Positions 18,789 to 28,258 are shown, numbered from the stretch's first letter. The stretch is DNA of 64,000 nucleotides from a virus (IMGVR_UViG_3300037088_000797:1-64000), one strand, 5' to 3'. A program made the numbers and translations. The notes: generated by a model not told the origin, from the sequence alone.

Positions 18789-19005
18789 TTTCAACTAAAT
18801 AAAATTTGTCTGTCAATATTTTTTCTAAGGAAAAAATTATGCCAGTTGTACTTTCCCACCATATTACCGTGTCCAGTAATTCTTTAGTGGCTTCATTACC
18901 TTCCTTATCTCTTATGTCGAAATTTGCTTTCAACGGTTCGAGCAGAGTTGGATAATCTTTTAAATCCAATTCCTGTTTGATAATAAAATCAATTACTCTC
19001 TTCAT
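18769..19005 (-). CDS. hypothetical protein
   Basis: 78 aa ORF. Confidence 0.4.
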   Translation of the reverse strand: MKRVIDFIIKQELDLKDYPTLLEPLKANFDIRDKEGNEATKELLDTVIWWESTTGIIFSLEKILTDKFYLVEIVTNPI

Positions 19006-19528
19006 CTGTTTTATTTTTTAAATTTTCACGTACTTCCATTAATGCTTTACCTAAAAGGTTCATACCTCTCCAGTTCTTTTCATTAAGAACCCTGTCATCG
19101 TCATGGTATAAGCCAATACCCCAGATTTCATCATAAGGACTGGCTTCAACAATGATCTTATCTTCGGTAGAAAGCAAAACATCTTTAAGTATTCGCTTCT
19201 GACCAAACTTAGCCATATTAACATCAACCATAACTTTATAACCAACCTGTAACCACTGATCAACATCGAAATTTTTAACCAGTCGTCCTAATTTTTTACA
19301 TTGATTCGGAGCAGGAGTTTTCATTATTTTTTCTGCAATATCCATGTCGCCAAAGAAGATTGCTTTTTCCCACATGAATGCCTGTTCAGAATTAAAAAAC
19401 GTAAGGTTCTTATACCTGAATTTACATTCATACCAATTGGAGAATTCACTTCCCCAAAAAAATACATATTTATCTGTTATTCTTTCCATTTTCTTCTTTT
19501 TTATGTATATATCTTGAATGTGCTTCAC
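18989..19528 (-). CDS. NADAR (YbiA-like, DUF1768) domain protein
   Basis: YVFFWGSEFSNW...FNSEQAFMWEKAIFFGD...KKLGRLVKNFDVDQW...EASPYDEIWGIGL matches NADAR family pattern (FY..FSNF, SEQ..M.KA..F.D, LGR.V..FD...W, EASP.D..WGIG); alternative start ATG 19489. Confidence 0.8.
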   Translation of the reverse strand: MKHIQDIYIKKKKMERITDKYVFFWGSEFSNWYECKFRYKNLTFFNSEQAFMWEKAIFFGDMDIAEKIMKTPAPNQCKKLGRLVKNFDVDQWLQVGYKVMVDVNMAKFGQKRILKDVLLSTEDKIIVEASPYDEIWGIGLYHDDDRVLNEKNWRGMNLLGKALMEVRENLKNKTDEESN

Positions 19529-19691
19529 CTAATAGCATTAAGCCAAACACAATCATAATCACAAATATTGCCCACAAATGATGTGGAAATTTACTATTTC
19601 CAATTGTATATGAAACAATTAAAAATAGAAAACACCATGCTTCTGCTTTTGCAAAAAATTTCCAATTAACTGTTTTTAAAAACTCTTTCAT
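19470..19691 (-). CDS. small membrane protein
   Basis: 73 aa, two hydrophobic helices. Confidence 0.35.
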   Translation of the reverse strand: MKEFLKTVNWKFFAKAEAWCFLFLIVSYTIGNSKFPHHLWAIFVIMIVFGLMLLGEAHSRYIHKKEENGKNNR

Positions 19692-19701
19692 ATGTTTTTA
19701 T

Positions 19702-19974
19702 TTAAAATCCTACAATTTTTTTATAATATGTCCAATAATAAAGAAGATTAATGACTCGCATTTTTTCAGGAGTCATAGTATTAATATCTCTTAAAAGTGC
19801 TTCGAAATATTCTTTTGGAGTACTTACAGTCTTATCATTATAATATGCAAGAATCCAGTTCAGAGTTTCTATTTCAACTGTTTTGGTAGCCAGATAACCT
19901 TCTGGAAATAAATAAGTGTTTGAATTTATATTATTTAAATATTTTTCAATTTTTTGTTTTTCAAATCTTTTCAT
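19702..19974 (-). CDS. hypothetical protein
   Basis: 90 aa ORF. Confidence 0.4.
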   Translation of the reverse strand: MKRFEKQKIEKYLNNINSNTYLFPEGYLATKTVEIETLNWILAYYNDKTVSTPKEYFEALLRDINTMTPEKMRVINLLYYWTYYKKIVGF

Positions 19975-20104
19975 AATTTTTTGTTTTTAATTTAATAATT
20001 ACACCACACATTGGGATAAGAAATAAATAAATCCAACGTTTCTTTTTATCATAAAATACACCAATCCAAAAATCAAACCACGCAAAAATAAACTGTATCT
20101 TCAT
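19961..20104 (-). CDS. small membrane protein (47 aa)
   Basis: ATG at 20104 directly downstream of promoter-like motif 20109-20138; hydrophobic. Confidence 0.3.
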   Translation of the reverse strand: MKIQFIFAWFDFWIGVFYDKKKRWIYLFLIPMCGVIIKLKTKNYEKI

Positions 20105-20108
20105 ATTA

Positions 20109-20138
20109 TTATACGAACATTTCTTAAATAAGTTACAA
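20109..20138 (-). promoter_or_regulatory. recurrent promoter-like motif (variant)
   Basis: ttatacg 20109-20115, agttacaa 20131-20138. Confidence 0.45.
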
Positions 20139-20378
20139 ATATATGAAAGTTTATTTAAAATAGCTTACTTTTTAAGAAATATTTAGTATTTATGTACATA
20201 ATATGTATACGATATGAAAAAAAAGAAAATTTACTACACATTCAGAATTCATTCTGAACAATTGGAATATCTTAGAAATAAAGCTAAAACTGAATTCACT
20301 ACTGTTACACAATGTTTACTCGATTTAGTGTGCAAAGATATGAAAGAAAATAATCAAAAACAAAGCAAATAATATTTT

Positions 20379-21089
20379 ATGAATAAAATTTGTGGAATAT
20401 ATAAAATAACATCACCAACTAATAAAATTTATATCGGACAGTCTAATAATATTAATAAAAGACTTGAAACATATAGAAATATTCGATGCATTACTCAAAT
20501 TCGATTGTATCGTTCGATTATTAAACATGGTTGGGATAAACATACTTTTGAAATAATTCATGAATGTGACGAGTCTGAATTAAATGATTTAGAAAAACAT
20601 TATATAAAACATTACAATTGTTTCGATACTCCTAATGGTTTAAATCTAACAAGTGGTGGAGATTCACCAATTGTTTCTGAAGAAACAAAATTAAAAATTG
20701 GTTTAGCAAGTAGAGGAAGAATACCATATAATAAAAATAAATCATTGTCTGAAAAAACTAAAGAAAAATTAAGTTTATCACATATGGGATTGATACCACA
20801 TAATAAAGGTAAGAAAACTTCTGTTGAAATAAAGCAAACACAAAGTAAAGCTCATGTTGGAAATAAAAGTAAAACGGGAAGTTATGAAATATATAATCAG
20901 GACAATAAATTAGTTTATAAGTTTACTGGTAAATTCATGGATAAAGTAAAAGAATATGGATTGCCTACTTATTCGTTCTTAAGATCATATCAAAAAAATA
21001 TAAAAATAAATAGAATTAATTTTAAAGATTGGTATGCAATAAAATTATTAAAAGTCGATCTTACTTGTGAGAACAGTTGCGGTCATTGA
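20379..21089 (+). CDS. GIY-YIG homing endonuclease with NUMOD-like repeats
   Basis: GIYKITSPTNKIYIGQS GIY-YIG motif; repeated TKLKIGLASRG / TKEKLSLSHMG motifs; opposite strand to flanking genes, 3' end overlaps 3' end of helicase gene by 42 nt. Confidence 0.8.
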   Translation: MNKICGIYKITSPTNKIYIGQSNNINKRLETYRNIRCITQIRLYRSIIKHGWDKHTFEIIHECDESELNDLEKHYIKHYNCFDTPNGLNLTSGGDSPIVSEETKLKIGLASRGRIPYNKNKSLSEKTKEKLSLSHMGLIPHNKGKKTSVEIKQTQSKAHVGNKSKTGSYEIYNQDNKLVYKFTGKFMDKVKEYGLPTYSFLRSYQKNIKINRINFKDWYAIKLLKVDLTCENSCGH

Positions 21090-22472
21090 GGGTCTTGTTA
21101 AAGCCACATACTTGATCTGGTTACGTTCTTTTAATATCCAGTTATCATTAATGTCAGTTTCAATAACAAATACATGTGTATATGTTGAACCCTGTGATTT
21201 GTGCCCTGTGATTGCATAACCATAGTCAAAATCTTTAGAAATAATATCTGGTCTTGCTCTGTATAAGCCATTTCTATATTTCTCAATACTTACCATAATC
21301 ATGGTGTTACGTCTGAAGTCATAATATTTTCCCCAGAGTTTCTTATTTGTTTTTGCCATGTCACGATACATGTCATGCATTTCTGCAAAATTATGTAAAT
21401 TCTCATGATCTCTATGATCAAGAATAAAAATATCCTGAAGTTTATGTTTACCGTGTGCAAGGTCTTCTTTTATTTGAATCATATAACCTTTCATGTGATA
21501 TGCGTTCTCAGTCAGATCAGATTTGTTCATTACAAGGTAGTCTGCAGAATTTTCAATAATATTGTAGTTCTGTTTTTCATTCATAATACTACGATATCCC
21601 ATGAGTAAATCACCAATCTCAATTATATTTACATTTTTACCGAATAATGATTCTCTGATAACCATATTTGATGCCATGACAGTATCATTACGCCAGCAAA
21701 TAACTTTTGCAAAGTCAGTATCATTACGAAATTCATCTGATCTAAATTTATCAAGTAACGCTGTACGAAATTCACGCTTATTAATAGTGAAAACAACACC
21801 TTCACCCAGAGAATTCATATCAGTCTTTCTAAGAAAACCACCATCAAGCCTATTTAGATTATTTCTAAGAGCATCATATATGAAAGCAAGAGGATTGGTA
21901 TCATTCTGTCTTTCCATCTTTGTAAGCTGATGAAATTGCTCTCCAGCATGTGTAAACACTGCACTTTCTTTCTCACCAACAGGCGGTATTTGTGCAGGGT
22001 CACCCATATATAATACTTTGGTTTTACTATCTGTAGTTTTCTCATTGATCATATTGAAAAGTTCAAGATTGATCATGGATGCTTCATCAACAATAACAAA
22101 ATTATAGTCATTAATTCTCGGTATGGCTATTGGATTAAACTTCGGGTCGTTTGGATTGAATTCATCAAGATTGATGTCGGGTCTGAGTCCAAGTAATCCA
22201 TGTAAAGTTTGACCATCTTTACCAGTCATATTCATTACTACTTTTTTTGCTTTATGAGTAGGTGCACTTACTACAACGCCACGATGATAATGATCAAGTA
22301 TCTTTTTAATCATTGTTGACTTGCCAGTACCTGCGTATCCTGCAAGAGTAAAGAAGGTCTGACCATTCTTAAGCCAATCCTTAATTTTTACTAATCCGTT
22401 AAACTGTTCACCGTTGAACGTGATTATCTTGCCGTTAGACAATTGTAGTTTGTTTTCGTCAATCATTACCAA
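21048..22472 (-). CDS. Dda/RecD-like SF1B DNA helicase
   Basis: Walker A GYAGTGKST, Walker B FVIVDEASMI, motif V-like ITGHKSQGSTYTHVFV. Confidence 0.75.
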   Translation of the reverse strand: MVMIDENKLQLSNGKIITFNGEQFNGLVKIKDWLKNGQTFFTLAGYAGTGKSTMIKKILDHYHRGVVVSAPTHKAKKVVMNMTGKDGQTLHGLLGLRPDINLDEFNPNDPKFNPIAIPRINDYNFVIVDEASMINLELFNMINEKTTDSKTKVLYMGDPAQIPPVGEKESAVFTHAGEQFHQLTKMERQNDTNPLAFIYDALRNNLNRLDGGFLRKTDMNSLGEGVVFTINKREFRTALLDKFRSDEFRNDTDFAKVICWRNDTVMASNMVIRESLFGKNVNIIEIGDLLMGYRSIMNEKQNYNIIENSADYLVMNKSDLTENAYHMKGYMIQIKEDLAHGKHKLQDIFILDHRDHENLHNFAEMHDMYRDMAKTNKKLWGKYYDFRRNTMIMVSIEKYRNGLYRARPDIISKDFDYGYAITGHKSQGSTYTHVFVIETDINDNWILKERNQIKYVALTRPSMTATVLTSKIDF

Positions 22473-22654
22473 ATTCTTTCTATATAAACATTATATCCAA
22501 TAAAATATGTATTAACCATATGCTTTTCTTCCATTTCTTTTAATGCTTCATGGTAGTTTTCAATATGTTCGAGATCATAATATCGAATAGTATCTTTATT
22601 TTTATCTTTAAAGACTTTTTTTATTTTTTTTATTTCTTCTTTATAAGATGTCAT
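22466..22654 (-). CDS. hypothetical protein
   Basis: 62 aa ORF. Confidence 0.35.
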   Translation of the reverse strand: MTSYKEEIKKIKKVFKDKNKDTIRYYDLEHIENYHEALKEMEEKHMVNTYFIGYNVYIERIW

Positions 22655-22911
22655 TATTTTCTAAGTGATTTCAATATTTTTATAAAATCATATAGCTTAT
22701 TAATGTCTCTGAATTTACCAAGTTCAGTATAGTCATATAATTCTACATACCATTTATTTTTTACACAGTCATCATTAGTATTACTAATAAGACATAAATC
22801 TTTTATGTCATAAGTATAATAATAAAATGGTGCATTATCACCACTATCTTCTTGGGATACCTCTTGTCTTTTAAAGCCAAGAAATATCAATTTTTTTTCT
22901 GTTATATTCAT
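22654..22911 (-). CDS. hypothetical protein
   Basis: 85 aa ORF. Confidence 0.4.
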   Translation of the reverse strand: MNITEKKLIFLGFKRQEVSQEDSGDNAPFYYYTYDIKDLCLISNTNDDCVKNKWYVELYDYTELGKFRDINKLYDFIKILKSLRK

Positions 22912-23507
22912 TTTATAATTCTACTAAAATTTTTATTAAAAAATTTAATTGCGTCCTTTATTGTATCATCATGATGAAATGCCCAACTATATTCATTACA
23001 AGTAGAATAAAAGTCGATCATTTTCATCCATTTTACCAGTGCAGTTTCTTTACTTGTAAAGCCTTCCGCATGTAGTGGAAACTTACTCATTTTGTCAAGA
23101 AAATCATATGTTGAAAGATATATTAATGAAACATTTTGACGCTTACTGTTTGGGTCGTCAGTAATCTGAATTGGCTGTTTATTATTATCGAACATAAGCT
23201 GTTTTTCAATGTCTGGAAGATAAACAGAAGTTTCTTCATATACTTCTCTTACCATTGCTTCGTGAGTGGTTTCATCCCAATCAAGATAACCACAAGGTAC
23301 ACCCCATTTACCACCTTCATCAAGCATTCTTTGTGATCTTTTGGCAATAAGAACCTTCAGTCCGTCAACAGTATCAGCCAATACAATACCAACAACAGCA
23401 ACTGATCTACTAATCCAGAAGTCCTGATCGATCTTAATTCCACGACCATCATTGTAGTTGTATCTCAGATGATAGTTAGGTCTGTTTTTAAATTGTGGTA
23501 CGTTCAT
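22908..23507 (-). CDS. Nudix hydrolase
   Basis: Nudix box GKWGVPCGYLDWDETTHEAMVREVYEETS (Gx5Ex7REVxEExG). Confidence 0.75.
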   Translation of the reverse strand: MNVPQFKNRPNYHLRYNYNDGRGIKIDQDFWISRSVAVVGIVLADTVDGLKVLIAKRSQRMLDEGGKWGVPCGYLDWDETTHEAMVREVYEETSVYLPDIEKQLMFDNNKQPIQITDDPNSKRQNVSLIYLSTYDFLDKMSKFPLHAEGFTSKETALVKWMKMIDFYSTCNEYSWAFHHDDTIKDAIKFFNKNFSRIIK

Positions 23508-24027
23508 TTTGTAATTTTATTAATTTCTCTTTTAAATTCCATATTCTCATTGTGCCAAGTCTTGCAACACTTAATTGTTCTGCAAGAGTTAATTTTCGTG
23601 CTCCTTTGACTCTTACTGCCTGACGTTTAGTACATACACTTACAATTTCTCTGCCATCATCATGTAACCATTTTTCACACACTAAAATTCCAGCGTTTTT
23701 CGGTATTATATCTTTACAAGACTCATATAAATTTTTCGGTATTGCAAAGTATAATTCCTTTATTCTGTTCTTTTTGTCCTTATGATCATGTCCCTTCTTA
23801 AAGTCAGCCAATAAATCCGATTTGCTTCTTTTTATTTCAACTTCAAATGCATATCCATTTCTTTGTATTAAAAATAAATCACATTCATGTATCCAGTCAA
23901 AACCATATGACAATTTTGGTACAATAATGTGTAATCTAATCTTGAAATACTTGGCTATTGCCAACTCCATTTCACTTGTTGTCAGAGGTTTTAGTTTCTT
24001 CGGTGTTCTCGTTTTTGATAAGGGCAT
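23488..24027 (-). CDS. hypothetical protein, possible PD-(D/E)xK nuclease fold
   Basis: HECDL...YAFEVEIKRSK resembles D..ExK signature; weak. Confidence 0.35.
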   Translation of the reverse strand: MPLSKTRTPKKLKPLTTSEMELAIAKYFKIRLHIIVPKLSYGFDWIHECDLFLIQRNGYAFEVEIKRSKSDLLADFKKGHDHKDKKNRIKELYFAIPKNLYESCKDIIPKNAGILVCEKWLHDDGREIVSVCTKRQAVRVKGARKLTLAEQLSVARLGTMRIWNLKEKLIKLQNERTTI

Positions 24028-24268
24028 TTTTCATCTGCATTGACATTAAAGTTATTTTTACTTCGTCCTTGATTCTTTTGAGTTTTTTCTTTCTCTCAAA
24101 ATCCATAGTGTAACGAAATTGTGTTTCATTACCATAGTCTTCGATTTCGTTCTTTAAGTCAATCTCGACTAAAAAACCTTTCTTTTTTAATTGTTTTTCA
24201 AGCCACAACACCATCGTTGATTTACCGACTGCTGTTGCTCCAGTGACAATAATTTTTATTTCTTTCAT
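23972..24268 (-). CDS. small P-loop NTPase/kinase
   Basis: Walker A GATAVGKST. Confidence 0.45.
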   Translation of the reverse strand: MKEIKIIVTGATAVGKSTMVLWLEKQLKKKGFLVEIDLKNEIEDYGNETQFRYTMDFERKKKLKRIKDEVKITLMSMQMKNALIKNENTEETKTSDNK

Positions 24269-24332
24269 GGTACAAAGATATGAATTAATATGTAAATAAC
24301 TATAAGTAAAAATAATATAGTGAAAAATTTTT

Positions 24333-25013
24333 TCAAAGTAGTTTCAATAACGTTTTAGGCACATTAGGGTCGTCCCAAATAGACTTAAAATATTTGTTCA
24401 GCGTATCGAAATTCAGTACCTCAATATCATCATCCATAAGACCATATCGATTTTCTTCAGCATACTTAAGAATAGTTTCGACATAACATCCTTCAAAAAC
24501 TTTAATATAGCTAACTGCCCATTTGTATTCTACAGGGTCTTTTATAACACGTGCAACATATTTTACACCGTCTCTTGGGGGTTGATTTGAACTTAAAAAG
24601 TCTTTATTGTATTTTTTCCATTCATTTCCACATGAATTACAATGATTCACTCCAAAGGTATCAATTTTCATTGAACCATGTACGCTGCCTGAACCATAAA
24701 ATAAACCACTACTAAAACTACCATCGACACTACCACCACCTTGAACTTGTCTGATTTTATTAACAATTTCACCTTTTTTCGCACTACAATTAGGACAGGT
24801 ATTGTTGTGTCTTTCTTCCCATTCATTTTCTCTTTTATAATGAGCATCTGCAATTTCTTTTGCACGTTGTATAACAAGTGCTTCATCTGCAGCAAGTAGT
24901 GTTATCTGTTCTGGAGAAAGTTTCTTAGGAAGTACACTTTTTCCGATTGAACCAAAAAAGCTGAGAATGTCACTAAGAAACTCAAAAAAACTATTTTCTT
25001 CTTCTTTTTTCAT
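24333..25013 (-). CDS. zinc-ribbon protein
   Basis: CPNCSAKKG...CNSCGNEW four-Cys ribbon flanking Gly/Ser-rich linker. Confidence 0.45.
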   Translation of the reverse strand: MKKEEENSFFEFLSDILSFFGSIGKSVLPKKLSPEQITLLAADEALVIQRAKEIADAHYKRENEWEERHNNTCPNCSAKKGEIVNKIRQVQGGGSVDGSFSSGLFYGSGSVHGSMKIDTFGVNHCNSCGNEWKKYNKDFLSSNQPPRDGVKYVARVIKDPVEYKWAVSYIKVFEGCYVETILKYAEENRYGLMDDDIEVLNFDTLNKYFKSIWDDPNVPKTLLKLL

Positions 25014-25564
25014 CTTGCTAATCTTTTATCTTTTAATAAATCACGTAAAAATACGTTCTTAACTCCACCAATAAGTCTTACCCATTCTTTATAATAATCA
25101 GAATAAATTTCCATTAATTCTTCTTGTGGTTTTATTTTGATTTGAACATAATTTGACCCTTCAGAACCCTGCTTTTTAATCACATAATCCGCAAAATCTG
25201 GATAATCTTCTTTATTGAAAACTCTTTCGTCAGCAATAAAGCAAAGTGCAGTAAGTGCATCATTCAGATCAATTTCTTCAAAATATGAAAACGGTATATC
25301 ATTTTCAAGTAGTGCATCACCAATCTGATTAAGTGTACCAATAGCAACACCGTTAAAATCACGTCTGCTGTTGGTTGTACCACCATCAAGAATAATGGTA
25401 GTTTCATGGTTATCCACGAATTCCCATGTTTCTGGACGTTCTGCAAAATATTTTCTGGCATATCTCCAGCCAGCATGTCCTGCCTGAATACCCATCTGCA
25501 TTTGACTGATATTATAAGGCACAAAATAATATGCTCTGAGTGCTAAAACTTTTTCTTCTTCCAT
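25010..25564 (-). CDS. peptidyl-tRNA hydrolase, PTH2 family (putative)
   Basis: NISQMQMGIQAGHAG (cf. PTH2 GKxAAQxxHA) and DGGTTNSRRDFNGVAIG (cf. PTH2 DAGHTQ..PGTLTAVAIG). Confidence 0.55.
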   Translation of the reverse strand: MEEEKVLALRAYYFVPYNISQMQMGIQAGHAGWRYARKYFAERPETWEFVDNHETTIILDGGTTNSRRDFNGVAIGTLNQIGDALLENDIPFSYFEEIDLNDALTALCFIADERVFNKEDYPDFADYVIKKQGSEGSNYVQIKIKPQEELMEIYSDYYKEWVRLIGGVKNVFLRDLLKDKRLAR

Positions 25565-25569
25565 TATTA

Positions 25570-25758
25570 TTAAATTAAATTTCTATCAAATACTAAGTCA
25601 TTATGCATCCATTCAAGGCTACAATATGGTTTTTTTACAAGATCATTGCGCCATAAAACAAGATGTATTACACCAAAAAGCCACGTTTTTTTTGTCTTAA
25701 GAATTATGCCCTTAAAGGCACATCCGGGACAGAATTCATACCAAATTTTCTTTTTCAT
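25570..25758 (-). CDS. hypothetical protein
   Basis: 62 aa ORF. Confidence 0.3.
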   Translation of the reverse strand: MKKKIWYEFCPGCAFKGIILKTKKTWLFGVIHLVLWRNDLVKKPYCSLEWMHNDLVFDRNLI

Positions 25759-25794
25759 ATCTATTTTTAATTAAAAGGTGAATCAAATGGACTT

Positions 25795-26043
25795 TCAAAC
25801 GCTCCTTTGTGTGGGGGTTTTGGCGGATGTGGTGGGTGTGGAGGATGTTCTGGATGTGACATCATACAGAGACTGATCTGGTTGTCCAGTGCTATCCTTA
25901 TTATCACTGGCTTCACGTATTTCTTTTTTTGCCATTTCTCGTTTATGTTCTTTTTCATGTTTCAATATAAAAACTACAAATCCTATACAACCAAATATAA
26001 TTGTTATGAGAAGTACTAATAATAAATCATTAAGAGTGTCCAC
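25795..26043 (-). CDS. small membrane protein
   Basis: N-terminal TM helix; overlaps alternative-frame ORF 25767-25958 encoding His-Pro repeats; which frame is real is unresolved. Confidence 0.35.
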   Translation of the reverse strand: MDTLNDLLLVLLITIIFGCIGFVVFILKHEKEHKREMAKKEIREASDNKDSTGQPDQSLYDVTSRTSSTPTTSAKTPTQRSV

Positions 26044-26047
26044 ATTA

Positions 26048-26281
26048 TCATACTTTTTTTCTTATTCTTGGATATATGCATAATTCGTTTTGCACTTCTT
26101 CTTCACTAACAGGTTTAAAATACCAATCAATATTGGCAATACCCCACTGAAGATCATCTTTATGAAATTCAATTGCTTCAATAGTAACACTATTTTTATA
26201 TTTACCATATATAGTCGATATATCTTCTTTTGGTAAATCATCAATTGTTTTAACTTCAATTTTTTCAAATAATGGATTCAT
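26048..26281 (-). CDS. hypothetical protein
   Basis: 77 aa; promoter-like motif 26287-26317 abuts start codon. Confidence 0.4.
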   Translation of the reverse strand: MNPLFEKIEVKTIDDLPKEDISTIYGKYKNSVTIEAIEFHKDDLQWGIANIDWYFKPVSEEEVQNELCIYPRIRKKV

Positions 26282-26286
26282 ATCGA

Positions 26287-26317
26287 TTATACGTATTAAA
26301 GTAAATAAAAGTTACAA
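26287..26317 (-). promoter_or_regulatory. recurrent promoter-like motif (variant)
   Basis: ttatacg 26287-26293, agttacaa 26310-26317; only 5 nt from ATG of gene 26048-26281. Confidence 0.45.
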
Positions 26318-28258
26318 TTATTGACTTAAAAATTTTATTATCTTATCTTCATATGAATATGATAATTTATCGTTAATCTCGGTTTGTTTTAAATTCAAAC
26401 CATTTGTATTGCAAATTTCAAGAAAATGTTGAATTGTAATTCCATTGTTATCAACAGCATATTTAGTCAATGCTTTATATGTACCCATGTTTTTATTTAA
26501 AAGGTCTTTGGCTCTGGTTTTTTCTTCTTTTAATATTCCTTCAATAATTTCATCGGTTTTCTCTGTGCTATAATTAAGTTCTTGTGCCTGTGGTGCTTCT
26601 TTCTTAATTACTCTTGAAACAATGCCATCCATGCCATAATTTCTAACATATCTACCTGCAGCATCTGTCGCATTTGATATATCGGCATGTGCACCAACTG
26701 ATTTATAATCTTCACTAAAAACAAGTTCTTCTGCAACTAAACCACCTAAATAAATTGCGATACGATTTCTAAGAAACATTTTGTTTTCAATTGAACTATG
26801 ATTAATAACAAAACCTTCAGATAAACCAGAACTGTTTAAATTAATCTGTCTTGGCGGAGTTTTATATAAAATAGCATATAATAATGCATGACCCAATTCA
26901 TGAACAGTTACCAGTATTTTCTCGTCTTTTGTTTTTCCGCTACGGATATTATCTATGTCAAGCACAACATCTTTTTCGTATCTTTTTCCGTCAATATATG
27001 TGACTAATTGATTATCAATAATATCAAGAGACATTTTATCTAAGTCATTTACTAAACATAAATATAAAAAGAATGGTAAATTGCTGCCAAGCAGATTATA
27101 AACCGTTGAAATTGCTGGTCTTACGCCCTGTGTTGGAAACACACCGTTCCTATAAATTGCATCATAGATATTATCAAATAAAGTGATCTTAATATTATGT
27201 TCACTTTCAACCCTGTTAAGAATTAAAGCACAGTTTCTTTTAATAATTTCGTAATAACTTTTCTTATCCAAACAGGGATAAATAACATGGTTATTTCCAA
27301 ATCTTGCTATTTGTTCTGGCTTGAATTGTTTAGCCAAAGCATTTTTAATATGAATAATGTTGATTCTTTTGCTGAGTTCATGATATATATCGGCATCCCT
27401 TTCACTGTCTTCAACTTCATCAGCCATTGTAAATGCTTCATCAAGGTTGCCTGATATGAAGATAAGAAGTTTTTCATATGACTTGCCTTCATTGACATTG
27501 CCCAGCTTAAGACTGCTCTCCATGATCTCCATACGCTGTTCAAGACTCATTTTCATAATTTCTTCACCAGAAATATCCAAATTAAGCATTTTTTTGAATC
27601 TATTTGCAGTCCAATAAGATGTTTTATATTTATAATGTTTAATTTTCTTTTCTTCGTTAGTTATTTGTACCTTTTTACCTTTTTTTACTATTTTTGGTGG
27701 TTTATCTTCAATTTCATCATCAGGGTCATTTTCTCTTCTATCTGAATAATACATTTCTTCAAACAATAAGTCCAATATTTCTGTCCTACGTTGGGAATTA
27801 TTTTGAAATCTACCATCAGAAAGAAGCATCCAAATATCATTAAAATATTTATTTTCAACCATTGCACCGTTTTCATCTATGGTGCGATAACGTTGAATTT
27901 CGTCCAGAAGAAGTATGGCGGGTTCTTTCGAATCAATGCCAGAACTTTCCAGAAAATTTTCAATGTTTTTAGAATAATCGTTCTTCATGTCCATCTGGAT
28001 TTCAATGAACTTATCGGTAAACTTCAGCAGTTTAACCAAATTACGAACAAGATCGGTTTTACCAACACCTGTGATGCCCCAGAGAGAAACAATAAGAGGT
28101 CTAAACTGAAGTTCTGGAGTAAGATACCACAACGAAATGCTGTCAATTATTTTGTCAATTACTTCATCAATTCCAATAAATTTTTCTTTCAATGCTATTT
28201 TAACTTCTTCAAGTACTTCTCTTTTTGACTTAATGCGTTCAAGAAATTCGTTATTCAT
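26318..28258 (-). CDS. soluble FtsH-like AAA+ ATPase / M41 zinc metalloprotease
   Basis: Walker A GITGVGKTD, Walker B AILLLDEIQ; C-terminal TVHELGHALL (HExxH) plus IAIYLGGLVAEELVF and SVGAHADISNATDAAGRYVRNYGM closely parallel FtsH HEAGHA / LYGGRLAEE / STGASNDIKVAT blocks; no TM segments. Confidence 0.75.
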   Translation of the reverse strand: MNNEFLERIKSKREVLEEVKIALKEKFIGIDEVIDKIIDSISLWYLTPELQFRPLIVSLWGITGVGKTDLVRNLVKLLKFTDKFIEIQMDMKNDYSKNIENFLESSGIDSKEPAILLLDEIQRYRTIDENGAMVENKYFNDIWMLLSDGRFQNNSQRRTEILDLLFEEMYYSDRRENDPDDEIEDKPPKIVKKGKKVQITNEEKKIKHYKYKTSYWTANRFKKMLNLDISGEEIMKMSLEQRMEIMESSLKLGNVNEGKSYEKLLIFISGNLDEAFTMADEVEDSERDADIYHELSKRINIIHIKNALAKQFKPEQIARFGNNHVIYPCLDKKSYYEIIKRNCALILNRVESEHNIKITLFDNIYDAIYRNGVFPTQGVRPAISTVYNLLGSNLPFFLYLCLVNDLDKMSLDIIDNQLVTYIDGKRYEKDVVLDIDNIRSGKTKDEKILVTVHELGHALLYAILYKTPPRQINLNSSGLSEGFVINHSSIENKMFLRNRIAIYLGGLVAEELVFSEDYKSVGAHADISNATDAAGRYVRNYGMDGIVSRVIKKEAPQAQELNYSTEKTDEIIEGILKEEKTRAKDLLNKNMGTYKALTKYAVDNNGITIQHFLEICNTNGLNLKQTEINDKLSYSYEDKIIKFLSQ

